The notes under the pieces: model-generated | Database searches by the model: none | What the model was told of the DNA's origin: nothing | What the model saw: only the letters and a program-made list of their open reading frames with translations | NCBI RefSeq assembly: GCF_009914755.1 | Contig: NC_060925.1 | From: the human T2T-CHM13v2.0 reference genome, Homo sapiens | DNA: 64,000 nucleotides | Strand: one strand, 5' to 3' | Part shown: one piece after another, positions 31,491 to 48,094 of the stretch | Layout: each line of letters starts with the position of its first letter | Position numbering within the stretch: position 1 is the first letter of the stretch | Position numbers and translations under genes: made by a program

Positions 31491-33429
31491 GGGTAGGACA
31501 CTGACAGCCCCTGCTACGGTTGGTAAAGCAGGGAGCATCACCCCCATTTTGTAGATGTAACTCTTGCTCCCCCAGGCCGCACCATCTCCATACCCTGTAC
31601 ACACAGAGACTCTGGCCCCATTGGTCCCTCTTTAGCTCTAAGGAAAAGAATGACCTCTCTCCAAGGGTCACAGCCCCTGCAGCCAACCTCACAGCTCTGA
31701 ACACCACCAAGAGATTACATCTTGCCGTCCTTGCCGATTCTGACCCTGCCCAGAGAAAGTCCATGTCCTTTGACTCCACTTCACCTCTGTCTTCCATTCC
31801 TATCCACGACCTTCCCCTTCAAAAGGCTGGGGCAGTATTTATTTTCCTTTCTTTGGGGGAAGGTCTTAATAGTACTGTCCAGGAAGCAAATAATCAACTC
31901 TCAAATACCTTTCAATCATTTCTCTAACTGAGCCCAGGGGCTCTTGTACAAACAAGACCTCTGATGTCCACCAGCTCAGGGCCAGAGTGCTCCATGTATG
32001 CCAGAGTGCTAGAATGAGGCCACACCAGGTGTTTCACTGCACAGACGAAGAAAAGCTCTAAAAGCCAAGTGATATGACCAATGCAACACAGCAAGCTATC
32101 CTTCGAGTCCAAGTCTTTGGAAAAAAGGCAGGGTGCATCCTGCCCCTGGAGGCTTATAACAGATGCTAGAAAGGGGTGCTTTGCTTTTGCTCTACCATCT
32201 GCACGTGTACAGGGATGTGCCAAAGTCGGGGATGGGAGTGGTCAACCCGAGATGTGGGCAATAAGGGGGTGCACTGTCTGTGGTAAATTTAAAAAGAACA
32301 ATAAAGCTGCCTAAAACTCAGCCAGCTTTTTATTTTCACCATGTGCTGGCAATTCTAGAGGGTATTAGTGATAAAACTCCCCCCAAAGGTGGGCTGCTCC
32401 CACCAAATACCCAGTGCACTGTTGTACTGTGCTCCTCCTCTCCCTTCCATGACCATGGCAGACATTACCAATAAAGTCTTTCTTTACCACTAAAGTGGGA
32501 GGCTGCCTCAAAATCCATCTTCCATGCATTACTTTAAGCAGCTGCACTCTGAGCTGGCATTGGAACTGATCTCTGGCACCTAAGATCCCTGGGACCTAAG
32601 GGGCTTCACCCAGGCCCTGTTCCACAGGCTGTTCTCTAACTAGACTCCATCCTGTCAAACTTAACCCAACTCCCCATCCCCACCTCTCTAATTTCACAGT
32701 CCTCCCTCATCTTCCCTTACTACCCTCAGCTCTATTTTTGCTCTGTCCTTATCCAACTCCACACCTGCTTCCTGCCCCAGGGCACCTAAGGCCCTGGCCT
32801 GAGAATTCAACCCAAAAAGGCTTGGCCTCCGGCCGATCTACCTGTGGGCTGCGCTCTCCCTCTGGCCAGACAGCACAGCCCCACAGGGAGCACTGGAAGG
32901 TGACTCCTTGCCTGTGTATTCTACCATCAATGCAACCTTGAACCCACCGGGGAATCCCCTTCAGGGAGACCAGGCCTTCAGTTCTTATTACTATCTGAAG
33001 TTACATTACGGATCTACCTATAGGTTTAGTGTCTGTCTCCCTCCATTGGGAAGTAAATTTCAAAAGGGCAGTAACCTGGTGTGTCTTATTCCCCAGTACC
33101 TACAACAGTGCCTGGAACATGGTAGTTACTCAATAGCCCTCGGTTGAATGAGGAAGTAAATGAACTTTCAACCCAGATGCACCTGTGGTAGCCCCCACAC
33201 TCAGGATGGCTCTGCCTCAGGATGTAACCCCTGTAGCAGGCACACCTGCCCTTCACCCCATGTAAAACCTCAGGCCCTTCTGCTGCCCCATCCTCTGCCC
33301 ATCAGCCACTACTGTGCTCTCCTGCCTTCCCCCTGTGCTCTCACCTGTCCTCTGGTTCCCTGCAGTCTGGGTCTCTCCCCAGTACCTGTCAAACCAATCG
33401 GCAGCCCCAACAATGGAAAGACAGGAGGT

Positions 33430-33640
33430 GGAAGAGCAGAGTATTTGAGGGCAAGGACGCTCAGATCAGACAGGCCAAACCATGTGACTCTGGGCTGGTT
33501 ACTTAACCTTTTTAAGGTTCAGTGTATCTTCATCAACAAAATGACAAAAGTAATAATACCCATTTCAAGAGTTCTTAAGGGATTAAAGAGGGAGCTAAAA
33601 TATACCAGATGTGTAGTGAGTATTCAGTAATTTGTACCAT
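33430..33640 (+). mobile_element. MIR
   Basis: tgtgactctgggctggttacttaacc...aaaatgacaaaagtaataatacc...aggattaaa. Confidence 0.65.
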
Positions 33641-33809
33641 TATTCATACTAAGTTAAAAGGCTTTTACAATAGTCCAGAGGAAAACTTCCAACCCACTCA
33701 GCCTCCCCCAAGGCTTATAGGGATCCCTGAGAAAAATGTGCAAAACTTAGGCTTGCATAGAACACAGGCTGAAAAACACTGGTCTAACTGCCACCTATTT
33801 TGCATTGCA

Positions 33810-34275
33810 TTAATGTCCCTAATTCTTCATCCCTCCCTCTACCCACAGGCTTTGTCCTAACGCTTTGCAGTTTATCTCACTGAAGAGGTAGGGTTTATTT
33901 CCTCATCTTTGAATGTGGCCTGGCTTGTGGCCTACTCTGACCAACAAAATGCAGTAGGAGTGACTGGATACCAGTTCTGAGTCTGGGCCCCCAGAGGCCT
34001 TGCATATTTATATCTGCTCCCTTGTGCCTCCACCATAGCCAAGAGAACAGGCCTGGGTGAGCCTGAGAGAGAATGAGAGACATGCGGAGCAGAGCAAAGC
34101 CATCCTGGTCATCCCAGCCGAGGCAATGTAGACCAGCCAACACCAACCAACCCCCAGACATGTGAATGAGCCCATCCAAGATCAGCAAAGCTGCCTGGCC
34201 TGTGAGCCATAAGCCCTTACTGTTGTATAGCACTGAGGTTTTATGGTTCTTACACAGAAAAAGCTGACTGATACA
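33810..34275 (+). mobile_element. MLT1G/H-like LTR
   Basis: ctttgaatgtggcctggcttgtg..ctctgaccaacaaaatgcagtaggagtgac...cagacatgtgaatgagccca. Confidence 0.65.
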
Positions 34276-34571
34276 CCATCCAGCCAGGTGTTGGACCCCA
34301 TTGTGATCTAGCCTCTCTACCAACAGCTGACCAGCTTCTGCTCATGCAACCTCCACCAACGGGAATCAGATTGCCTTCAGAGGCAGCCTACTCCAAAACT
34401 CTGTCTATATTTTGACCTAAAATCTCTCTACTTGTACTTGAAGCCTTGAAACAAACTCCTAGATCCACACAAAAGGAGCCCAGTCTCTCTCTTAGGCCCA
34501 TCTGTGTGTTCATTTAGAATCCATGCAGAATACTACTGTAGGTGCCCATTCCTGCCTGTGGGGATGGCCTC

Positions 34572-34643
34572 TCTGAATCCTCCACTGTCCCTTTATCTCT
34601 AGGCCATCTGAATCCCCCACTGTCCCTTTATCTCTAGGCCATC
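34572..34643 (+). repeat. 35-bp tandem duplication (2 copies)
   Basis: tctgaatcc(t/c)ccactgtccctttatctctaggcca at 34572 and 34607, one mismatch. Confidence 0.95.
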
Positions 34644-34850
34644 ATCTCTGGATTCTAAGTCTAGAGCCAAGATCACATACCCCCAACCAGCAGCCAGAAA
34701 CAGGGAGGAGGAAATATCTTGCTCCTTGTGACCTCCATAGTGAGAGATGGAGCGCTGCTTCCCTCCAGGAATCATATGAGATTCCCTCAAATCAAGGAGG
34801 GGGCTTAGGGTGCTGGGCAGGCAAAATTAGGGGACAAGTGTCAACAATAG

Positions 34851-35969
<1,119 letters not shown>

Positions 35970-37685
35970 TTATCAACAGAACACTATGAGGAGTATGAGA
36001 AAGGTTCTGTAGTCAAATAAGTTGCTTGAGAAACACTGGTGAGCTTGGGTTTCTTCATTTATGGACATCTCAGAGTCTTTACTAGGCCAATGTGCACTGT
36101 GAACATCTAGAAGAAATCGCCAGCTTTTCCCTGGTTTATTTGGCCATCCAACTCGATTCTTGTGGAGTATTTTGTAGGACTCATGTTCAGCAGATCACAC
36201 TTAGGCAAACTGATCTAACCTAAACCCCTCATTTTCAGACAGGGAAACTGAGGGACTTTCCTGGCCTCACCAGGTCCCTGGCCTCATGAGAGTCAGCTCG
36301 GGACTCAAGGAAGGGACCAGTTCCCAGAAAGAGGAAGCAAAGATGGATGTAGGGACCTGGGCCAAGGAAACTGCTCAGGCAGTTTCCAATTCCTGGTCTG
36401 GTGCTGCCTTCCCTGTTCTGTCTGCTGACATGAGCTCACCGCCAGGTGCAGCTGAACAATGCACACTCTCTATGCCTTCAGGTCTCACTTCCACCTTCAG
36501 GAAACCCCTTCCGGGAAAGAGGGGAAAACATCATGAGCTGCACCAGGCAACTCAGCCCTGCTCCCCAGCTGCCTCCACAGCCAGAGGGCAGGGGCAGGAC
36601 ACTCCGTAATCAGCAGGTGCCAGGGCCTGGTTGTGAAGCAGGGATGCCGGAGTCCAGGCCCGGATCTGCCACATGGCTGTGTGACCTTGAGAAACAATAG
36701 TTAATTCTCTGAGCCTCAGTTTCTTCAGCTGAAAAAGAAAACACTGACCAGTTGAGACATTTCAAATGAAAGTATCCAGCAAAGTGTAAAGGATTCTGCA
36801 AATGTGAAGAGTTATTGTTACATTGGACATCAGATATGAAACAAACCTTCCTCTTTTTCCTAATGAGAGATCCTGAAAAAAGATTTCTCAGATGGGTCAC
36901 AGTAACCCTGGGGGCTTCCCTAAAAGGAGGTGTCTCCTATTTGGCTTAGTTTGGCAGGGCTGTGATCTGCCAAGCAACAAACAAAACAGCATAACACTGA
37001 AGTGTTTATTCTAGAAATATTCACTGAGTGCTGCTATTGTGCCAGAACTTTGCTTATAGTCTCACACACATGCATACACACACTACACACAAATATACAC
37101 ACACACACACCATATCAGCTTGCACCTTCATCTCCACACCCTTTCTCTGATGGTCCAGGCTGCCTAGAATGTGCTGCCCTCTCTTCACCTGGTGAATTTC
37201 TATTCATCCTTCTCAATTCAGCTGAGGCATCACTTCCTCAGGGAAGTCTGCCCAGCCTCTCCTCCCTCCAGGCTAAGTTGGGTGCCTCCTTTGTGCTGCA
37301 ACCATGTAGACTGCCATCACTGATCCTCCTATCCCAGAGTGACTCTTACCTGTTTGTACACCTGTCCCCTCTAATAGATTGTGAATGACTTGAAGGCGAT
37401 GACCCTTGAGCCCAGCCTGGCTCATACAGGTTGATTGAATGAATATGTGACCCAGCTTTCAGCTCTCCCTGTTGAGGGAAGCCTCAGATTTTGCCTCCTG
37501 CCAATCCTTGAGCCAAGATTCCACATGTCTTCATATGTCCCCCCAAGAAAATCCATATCCCAAAGCACCTGAGCACTGAAGGTTTTGTAAGGAAGTCAGA
37601 GGTGATGCACACCCCACAGCAAAGCCCCCCAATACTCAGCAGACACGTGTATTCCCCAGTCTCCTTCCTATCAGCAGTAGTCCTT

Positions 37686-38469
<784 letters not shown>

Positions 38470-38598
38470 TCCTCCTTTTTGCCCTTGCCCCATACCATGC
38501 CCAGACTCTCCTGTCTCAGACAATTCAGTTCCGGCCCAAAACCTGCAGCACATCTCACTCAGTTAAACAAAAGCCCTGCAGTTGCCCAATCTATCCTC

Positions 38599-39107
<509 letters not shown>

Positions 39108-39269
39108 TAAAGAGTTCAGCAACCATTTGTTGTTACTCAAGGATATATCCCTTGACAAGAGGGCTTACCCCCTAGCAACTAGTCAAAGCATCCTTCCCAA
39201 GCAGATAGTGTGCTCCCTGAGGGAAGTACTGGTAAATGCAATTTTCTCCATCTTATCACTTGTGAAATA

Positions 39270-39510
39270 AGAACACAACTAATATGTGGGAGTACCTGCA
39301 GTGGGCCAGGAACTATTCTTAGTGCTTTACATGTATTAACTTGTTTCATCCTCCCAACAACTCAGTGCAGCAGGTACTGGTATCATCCCCACTTTATAGT
39401 AGAGGAAACTGAGACACAAGGAGTTCAAACAACTTGCTCAAGGTCACACAGCTGAGATTATATAATTCAGGCAGTCTGACTCCAGAGTCTGGGCTTTTAA
39501 TCATCACAGT
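39270..39510 (-). mobile_element. MIR
   Basis: atccccactttatagtagaggaaactgagacac...aacttgctcaaggtcacacagct...aggcagtctgactccagag. Confidence 0.8.
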
Positions 39511-39611
39511 ATAATCTTCCAGTATACAAGTAAATGAATAAATGACATAAACATGGATGCAGGTGTGGACGATACCTATGTGTGCAGATGCTGAGAAACA
39601 GTCATTAAGAC

Positions 39612-39908
39612 AGGTCACCTGTGCTTATAATCCCAGCACTCTGGGAGACTGAGGCAGGAGGATGTGCTTAAGCTCAGGAGTTTTAGACCAGCCTGGGCAA
39701 CATAGCAAGACCCCATCTCTAAAAAAATTTTAAAAATTAACTGGCCATGGTGGCATGTGCCTGTGGTCCCAGCTACTTGGGAAGCTGAGGTGGGAGAATG
39801 GCTTGAACCCAGAAGATCAAGAATGCAGTGAGCCATGATCACACCACTGCACTCCAGCATGGACAACAGAGCAAGTACCTGTCTCAAATAACAACAACAA
39901 CAAAAAAA
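39612..39908 (+). mobile_element. AluJ (5' truncated)
   Basis: Alu consensus with (CAA)n tail; TSD aagacagg(t/g)cacct. Confidence 0.88.
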
Positions 39909-41096
39909 GACAGGGCACCTACCCTCAAGTTTCTCACAGTCCACCTGGGGAAGCAGGAGCGAACTGCATCCGCAACCACACAGAGCTCGGAGAGTTTTCC
40001 TGCACAGAGCTCCGGAAGCAAAGGGAAAGGGCATCTAAATTGGACTGAGTGATGGGTCAGAGAAAGCTTTCTGGAAGAGGTGTCACTGAGCTGAGTTTTA
40101 TAGGGTACATAGGTGATCACTGAGTGAAATGCAGCAAAGGCATTGGGTCAAAAGACCCTGAGGCCTAAGGGAGAAATACAGGGACAGGACAGGGACACGG
40201 AGAGACAGAGAAACACTGACTACAAATGGTAGAGGCAGAGAAAAAGCTACAGAGAAAGAGGCAGAAAATAGCTGATTGTGTCGTGACTGGCTGCTCCCGG
40301 CCCAACCTCCCTCCAGTCCTGGGACAGAAAATAGCCTGGCTGACCCATAGTGTGCAAAGCATTTCCTGTGCAGCCCTGGGGACCCCTGAGCTGTACTTTC
40401 TCAGGGGTGGGGCTGGCTGGAGTCTGGGTGTGAGGGCAGAGGAGGAGGGGTCAAGCAGTCCTGGGCCTGGATGAATTCTCCAGAATGAGAGTGGCTGAAG
40501 ATGGGAAGGTGCTGGTATGCGTATGTCAGGGTCCGTGTCTGCATACGGGTGTGCGTGTGCCCTTGTCCATGCCCATGTGGGCAACTGCACCTCGACTCAG
40601 CCATGTGGCTAATCCTGGGTTTCCATGTGTCTCTCCATGGGCATTGAAGGCTGGACAGGCACAGCAGGGCACAGTGGCCACCTCCCTATCTTGGGTACTC
40701 AGGCAAATGGCAGCTATGAGCCTTCTTGAGGTTACAAGCCACCTCCTCTGGGAAGCTGCCAGCTTCAGTGTTCCTGAATCTGCTTCCACTTCACTCCTTA
40801 TAGCCTGCCTGGTCCCCAAAGACACCACCTCCATGTATCCCTTTATGGGTCAATGACCTGGTCCCAACTTTTACTGGGGACTGAATGATCCAGAAAGAAC
40901 TTTCTCTGGGGGCCGTTCCTAGGGAACAGGGGGAGGGGTTGGGGGACAGTTAGGCCTGGCTCCCAGAACCCAGAACATCTCACTGGGGAGGACACCTCCT
41001 TTCAGGAAGCTCTCACACTTCCCAAGTGACTTCTCAATGACTTCAGCCTAGTCCTTTTCCCCTGCCCCCTTGTGGAGTCCCTGTCCCCACCCCTGA

Positions 41097-41406
<310 letters not shown>

Positions 41407-41586
41407 CCCAAGGTTGCTTTTTAGATTAACTATCTTTAAACCAGCTCTCCCCATCCTGTCTTTATGCAGTTTGTTATTTTACCCTCTACTCCTGTTAGAT
41501 TTTTCTCATTCCAACATACGGAGGTGGCTTTGAATCTAGAGCACAGGTCGTTCCTATTCAATGGACCTGCTTTCAGAAGCATCCTA

Positions 41587-42032
<446 letters not shown>

Positions 42033-43392
42033 GTACATTCTCTTGCTCCCCTCCTATGTGGGAGGTCCCCTGCCCACATCTCAGCCAGGATTACCTCTCC
42101 ATGACCTTTAGTCTCATACCCTGGCCCAACTAACCACCAGCTAGGATCTTTGATTCTACCACATTTGGACCCACGGAGCTCCCCTGAAAAGCCCGTAGAA
42201 GCTGGATGAATGCCAGCTTCATTGGCCAAGCCATGCCAGGTCTTCCTGGCCTTCAGGCCCTGCTCCCCTGCTCAGGCCCTGAAGCAGGCCCTGCTCCCCT
42301 GCTCCCCTGGTTTCCCAGCAGCTGCACAAATAAGGGGTGCTAGCATCCCAGCCTTCCCAATAAGAGAGCAATGAGTTTGTGAACCGAGGAAATGGAACTA
42401 ACATTTGTTGAGCACATATCCTGTATCTCCCTTAATCCACACAACAATTCTACTAAAAGGACACTGTAATTCTAGCGAAGAAGGGCTTTCTAGATATGGC
42501 AAGTCAGGATTCAAAGCCAGGTATATCTGATATGTGGAAAGGCCAGCGTCCACTCCTCCCAGCATATATTTATAAGGGGAAGGTCTGATATGGAAGGAGT
42601 GTGCAGGGGGCAGGCCTCTGGATGAAGCCAGGGCAAGATGACCCTTCCCTGGCCCAGCTCCTAGGACCAGGGCAGAACCTCAGGAAGAGAGAGGGGATCT
42701 TCTGGCAGAAACCAAAGAACTTTCTTTCCTGGGGGATTTTGTGAGAGAAGCCTCACAAGCTGCACTGCTTTGGGGGCCAGTGACAAGGTATGATCTGGAT
42801 GTGGTGAAAGGAACCTTCTCCCACCTTCTTCATGGAGCTTCAAATGGCTCCAGTTGAATAAGGACCAGTGGAAATATGGTGCCACCTGGAACCCGGGCTG
42901 TCTGCAAGTTTGAGGGGACCAGGACAGCACTGGACACAGATGGAGTAAGGACTCCTCCAGGGGCCCTGCAGCCCTTCTGTGGCTTGCAAGCCAGGGCCAG
43001 TCATGAACCAGCAGGCTGTGAGCACATGAGAGATAGCCCGGGGTCTCTCTGAGTAGGTAGAAGTCTGGGGTCCTAGAAATGGGGGGGAATATGAGGCAGA
43101 AAAAGTGGAACATTAAAGCCAGTGTGATTTCATTTGAATCCACAGATTGATGAGGTCAGGGAAACACATCTCGTGCACTTTTAGAGATGGGATCAGAAAG
43201 GCCAAGTCACTTGTGGGGGTGGAGCTAATGCCAAGCCTTGGTCTCCCTGGCTCTACAGCCATGTACTTTCCAATACACCGGGCTAGCTGGGCCACTCTTA
43301 ACACCCATTTCCAGACCACAATCCTAGGAATCCTCTTAGCTATCCTAACCTCAGTTCCATTTTTAAGGCTAGTGCACTTCTAAGAAATCACT

Positions 43393-43666
43393 GGCTAGGC
43401 GTAGTGGCTCACGCCTGTAATCCCAGCACTTTGGGAGGCCGAGGCGGGTGGATCACAAGGCCAGGAGTTTGAGACCAGCCTGACCAACATGATGAAACCC
43501 CATCTCTACTAAAAATACAAAAATTAGCCGCGTGGTGGCAGGTGCCTGTAATCTCAGCTACTGAGGAGGCTAAGGCAGGAGAATTGCTTGAACCCAGGAG
43601 GCAGAGATTGCAGTGAGCCAAGATCGCACCACTTGCACTCCAGCCTGGGCAACAGAGGGAGATTCC
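43393..43666 (+). mobile_element. AluS
   Basis: Alu consensus; TSD aagaaatcac also follows the GA-rich tail. Confidence 0.93.
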
Positions 43667-43754
43667 GAAAGAAAGAAAGAAAAGAAAGGAGAGAGAGAGA
43701 GAGAGAGAGAGGGAGAGACAGAGACAGAGAGAGAGAGGGAGGGAGGGAGGAAGG

Positions 43755-43792
<38 letters not shown>

Positions 43793-43994
43793 AAGGAGGG
43801 AGGGAGGGAGGAAGAAAGAAAAGAGAAGAGGAGAGAAGATTAGAGAAGAGAAAAGAAGAGAAGAGAAGAGAAATGAAAAGAAGAAAAGAAAAGAGAAGAG
43901 AAGAGAAGAGAAGAAGAGAACAGAAGAGAAGAGAAGAGAAGAGAAGAGAAGAGAAGAGAAGAGAAGAGAAGAGAGGAAAAGAAAAGAAAAGAAA
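43667..43994 (+). repeat. Compound polypurine microsatellite (GAAA)n/(GA)n/(GGGA)n/(GAGAA)n
   Basis: ~330 bp almost entirely purine; expanded Alu tail. Confidence 0.97.
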
Positions 43995-46257
43995 TCACCA
44001 AAGCAGAGAAGGCCGGGACCATCCCTGCAAACCCCTGCTCTGCTCAAGAGGAGTTGTCACACCTGTTCCTTCTTGAAACGTCATCTGAGGAACCATGTGC
44101 CTTCTCTGGGAACTGTGACCCCATCCACAGGCCACTGCAGAAGCTGCCTCGTCTTACCTAACACGTCTTCTTCCCAGAAACTATTTAGTAGTCAAGGGAC
44201 ACAAGTACCTGTGTGTCCCTTCTTTAGGATTTTTGGATTTAGAAACCAAATTTGATAGTCAGCCCTCTCCTGTGACTGACAGAACGTGGAACACAGAAGG
44301 CCTGAGGGCTATCAGTGGCCCTGTTTTCCTCCACATGGAAGAAATAGGTCTGCCATGAGAGGCTGGGGCCACCCCAGAGAGAGATGCGGAGGTGAGGGGC
44401 AGGGAGATAGTACTGGGGAATCTCGTGTCTGTCGCCGAAGCTGCCCTGGGAACTAGTAAGGTCTTTTTGCCTGAACGAGTTGGATTTTGGTCACTTGACT
44501 AAAGCCCTGTCCAGCCCCCACATGCCCTTTCCCATCCTTCCCAAGATAGGAAGGACAAAGGGCAGCAGCGCCAGGGAAAAGAAAAGCCTGGAAGGCAGGG
44601 AGGTAGAGGGAGGCACCCGTTAGACTGTCCCCTGGGTTTCCTCTGACAAGGGCATCGGCAGTGACATTGTTTGTTTCTGGGATTGAGATCCCTCCCCGGA
44701 TACCACCACCCCTTGGCTGGCAGTCGGGTGAGGCGGAGGTAAGAATTGGTGGTGGGGCAGTTGCCAGTGTCTTTGGAAACCTGGTGCCTGTGGACCACCT
44801 TTCTCACACAACTTCACACGGGCAGGGAGGGAAAGAGGAAGAGATCAGATAGGGGACAAGAGAACAGCTTATTCTGTGCTAGAGGACAAGAGAGTGACCC
44901 CAGGCTTGAATGAAAAGGGCTAGGAGACTTCAGAAGCAACCTGGATGGTTGATCACTACTCAGACACCCCAGTGTGGCCTTGTGCGGCCATTTCTCTTTT
45001 CTTTGCCTCAAGATCTACAACTCTGAAACGAGCAATGGGAGCAGAACATACTCTGGGCTACAGACCCTGATCCCTCCCAAGTTTGGGGAAAACTTGGCCT
45101 CACACGTGATCCCAGATAGGCTCCTAACCTTGGCACCTGCCAAGCTCCTATGAACTCTAATTGCTGTGACGTCTGGGAACCCCCCCATGGTAGGCCAGCC
45201 TACAGGGCCTTCCTAGACCTGTCCAACAGCCATGGCCTCAGGTGCCAGGCTTGCTGAGCCTCCACTGTTGGTACAGCTGATGGGAAAGGACAGGAAGCTG
45301 GGACGTGGGCAGGGAGGGTGAGTTACTCCAAATACAAGATCCAGCCCAATGCTGGTATCTTGAGGCCAGTTTGATGTGCAGAGCAGACAGATTTCAGAAT
45401 TGGGGTTTCAGGAAACAGACATGTTCAGAGCAGGAGCCCAGTCCAGAGCTTAGGAGTACAGACACCCAGCCCCATTCCTCCAAGGGGAGCAGAGGGGGAT
45501 GCTGACAAGGCTAGTCAGAGTGTCAGGAAGCAAAGCAGGGCTGATAAACTGTATAAACTGGGAATATGCAGCTCAGGTTGGATGGCTTTGGTCCAGGGGT
45601 GCCCAGGACTCATGCACACCAGGCTGTTGGCAACAAAGCTAATAATTCCAGAGCCCAGCAGCCCACGAAGGCTCAGGGAGCAGCCTGGTTAAGAGTGGTA
45701 GGATCGGTGCCTGCAGCAGAGGAGGGAGAGACTACGAGCCACATGCCACAACTACAATCTATGCTTGGGGGATGAGTCTGTCATTGACATCAGGGCAAGG
45801 CCATATGATTGTCTATGGTTTCTGTGACAAGGATGGGAGACAAAGGGAAGAGTCTAGAGTGGCAGGTATTGGTATAAAGAGTCCTAGGGCAGTTGTGGCT
45901 TCCCTGGGCCTAAGCCGTCACAATTCACACCTGTATAGGGGCCATAGAACACAAGGCAAACTCTGTTAGTCAGTAAGGCCTGGCCATGACCCATCCGTGG
46001 AGCACAGGGCCTGCTTGGGCAGCTTTCTCAGTCCAGCCCCAGAGGTTCCTGGCATTTGAGTGTTAGACCAAGTGTGCACTGGATTAACTCTACCAATGGA
46101 AGAAGAGAACCAACATCAAGAGTCCAAACCCCATGGACGCTTCAAATAGTAGAGGGATACTATTTTACTCAGTTCTCAGCCAACCAAATCCTTTTTCCTC
46201 ATTAATTTATTTCCTTCTGCTTATCAGGTTCCATGGTTATATCACACCCTCTCACTC

Positions 46258-46420
46258 AGCACTATCCAATAGGACATTCTGCAATGATAGAAATGTCTGT
46301 CCCCACTGTCTAATACAATAGCCACTAGCCACGTGTGGCTAGTGAGGAGCTAATTTTTCATTTTTGTTCATTTTACTTTAAATAGTCACATGTGGCTAAT
46401 GGCTACCACAATGAACAGAG
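46258..46420. mobile_element. MER3-like hAT-Charlie MITE
   Basis: cagcactatccaataggacattctgcaatgatagaaatg...tagccactagccacgtgtggcta...aatagtcacatgtggctaatggctacc. Confidence 0.75.
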
Positions 46421-47584
46421 GCCTGGTTCTCCTGTGCTGTAGGGCAGTAGGATCCTCAAGTCCAAACACTTAACTATATCTGTACACCAGCAATGATTAG
46501 AAAGGGATCTCTGCTCAGGGTAGGGCTGAGTGACAGAGAAAAGAGGAGAAGGGAAAGAAATGGAAGGAAAACGTGACTAGGTGAGGAGCATGTGCATTAC
46601 CTTATTTTATCTTCACAGAGACCTGCAAAGTAAATATGATTAAGCTCAGATTATAAGTAAAGAGACAGAGACTCAAAGAAGTCAAATAACTTTCCTTGTC
46701 ACACCATTAGTTAGGGCCAGAGTCAAGATCTGAACCCAAGTGTCTGCCTCCAAAGTCCATGGTTTTCCACCTATCAGACAGCTGAGAAAGAGAGTGGCCT
46801 CTTCCTGGCACCGGTGGGTCTCAGAGTTGAGCAGGTCAAATTCATGGGCTGCTAGACAGTTCTCTAACTCATCTCCTCCAGAGCAGGTCTGCCCTGTTAC
46901 AACTGCATTGATGTGAACTTCCAGAAATCAGACACACCCAGATTCACACATAAGGCCAAAGGCACATGGCCAGAAAAAATGATCTGTGACTGTGCCATCC
47001 ATTAGTGCAGATAATTAACGGTCTATTTGATCTTCTTGGCATTAAAAAAAAGGCAGAAGTAATGCTTTGTTTGGGCTGATATTAAAATATCTCTTCATAC
47101 CCCTGCACTCACTAATTCACTTGCTCACTGGCAGACCAGGCAGTAGGGTCAGAAGTGAACTAGAAGGGAAGGAGATGAGGATGGAGAAGGAACTCATATT
47201 TCTTAGACATCTAATAAGTGCCAAGTATCAAGCTAAAGACTTCAACAGATTATTTCAAGCAATGATCATCCCTATGAGTCAGTTCTTACTGTCCTCACTT
47301 CACAGGAGCAGGACTAAAGCTCAGAGGGGTAGGGTGGTATATGCGCAAAGTTGCACCATTGATAGCAGTGAGGTATGACTTCGAAATCTAGGTCTGCCTG
47401 ACTCCAAGCCCATGCTATGTCACACTGGCCAATGGCAGAGATCTAGAAAGCCCATCACTGCTAATAAAGTGATGGACCTCCTTTCCAGCTCACTCCGGTA
47501 TCATGCCTAAAGCCAGGCTTCTGTGTAGCCATCTCATCTCCCAGAAGTTCAGGCTCCCATGAGCAGGAGAGGACCCAACCCCCA

Positions 47585-47875
47585 ACCCCATTGTGCAACC
47601 AATGACAATGAGAGCCAGGCGTCCCCTTTCTTACCCACCACTTTCCTCCCCACACCATGGGGTGCTGCCAGTTCAGCACAATAGTGTATTCTGTGTCCAA
47701 AAGCCTCTGCTGGCAGCGCCTAGTCTTTTGCAGCCCCTCCAGACAATGGCAGAGCCCAAAAGGCCTGATAGCCGGTGACAAATGTATGTGAATGACCAGC
47801 TCACAGGAAGTGGCCTTCAATAGTCCGATAGCTTCCTGTATCCTGACATTGTGAAGGCCCACTTCCTGTGCTGTC
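47585..47875. promoter_or_regulatory. Candidate endothelial enhancer (SOX and ETS motif cluster)
   Basis: Five ACAAT/ATTGT SOX cores (47589, 47605, 47678, 47743, 47847) and three GGAAG ETS cores (47804, 47831, 47861) in ~290 bp of apparently non-repeat DNA. Confidence 0.5.
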
Positions 47876-48094
47876 TCTGAAAATACAGCAAGTCAAAGCT
47901 GGGGGTGGGTCCAGAGGCAGGGTTTCCCTGTCTACCCCCTAGCCCAGGCTCCCCTATAAAACGCAACTCTGTTTGCCTAAGGATGCCACCAGCCAGTCTC
48001 ACCTGACTTCTGATTCAAGGGTGAATTCCTGGCTGGTCTCTGACCTGTCCCTTCACCTCTTAACCAAACCCCACCCAAGCCCAGTCAGAACAAA

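Noticed and set aside
43409-44076. 212-aa and 162-aa ORFs
   Set aside because: Translations of the Alu and the GA microsatellite.
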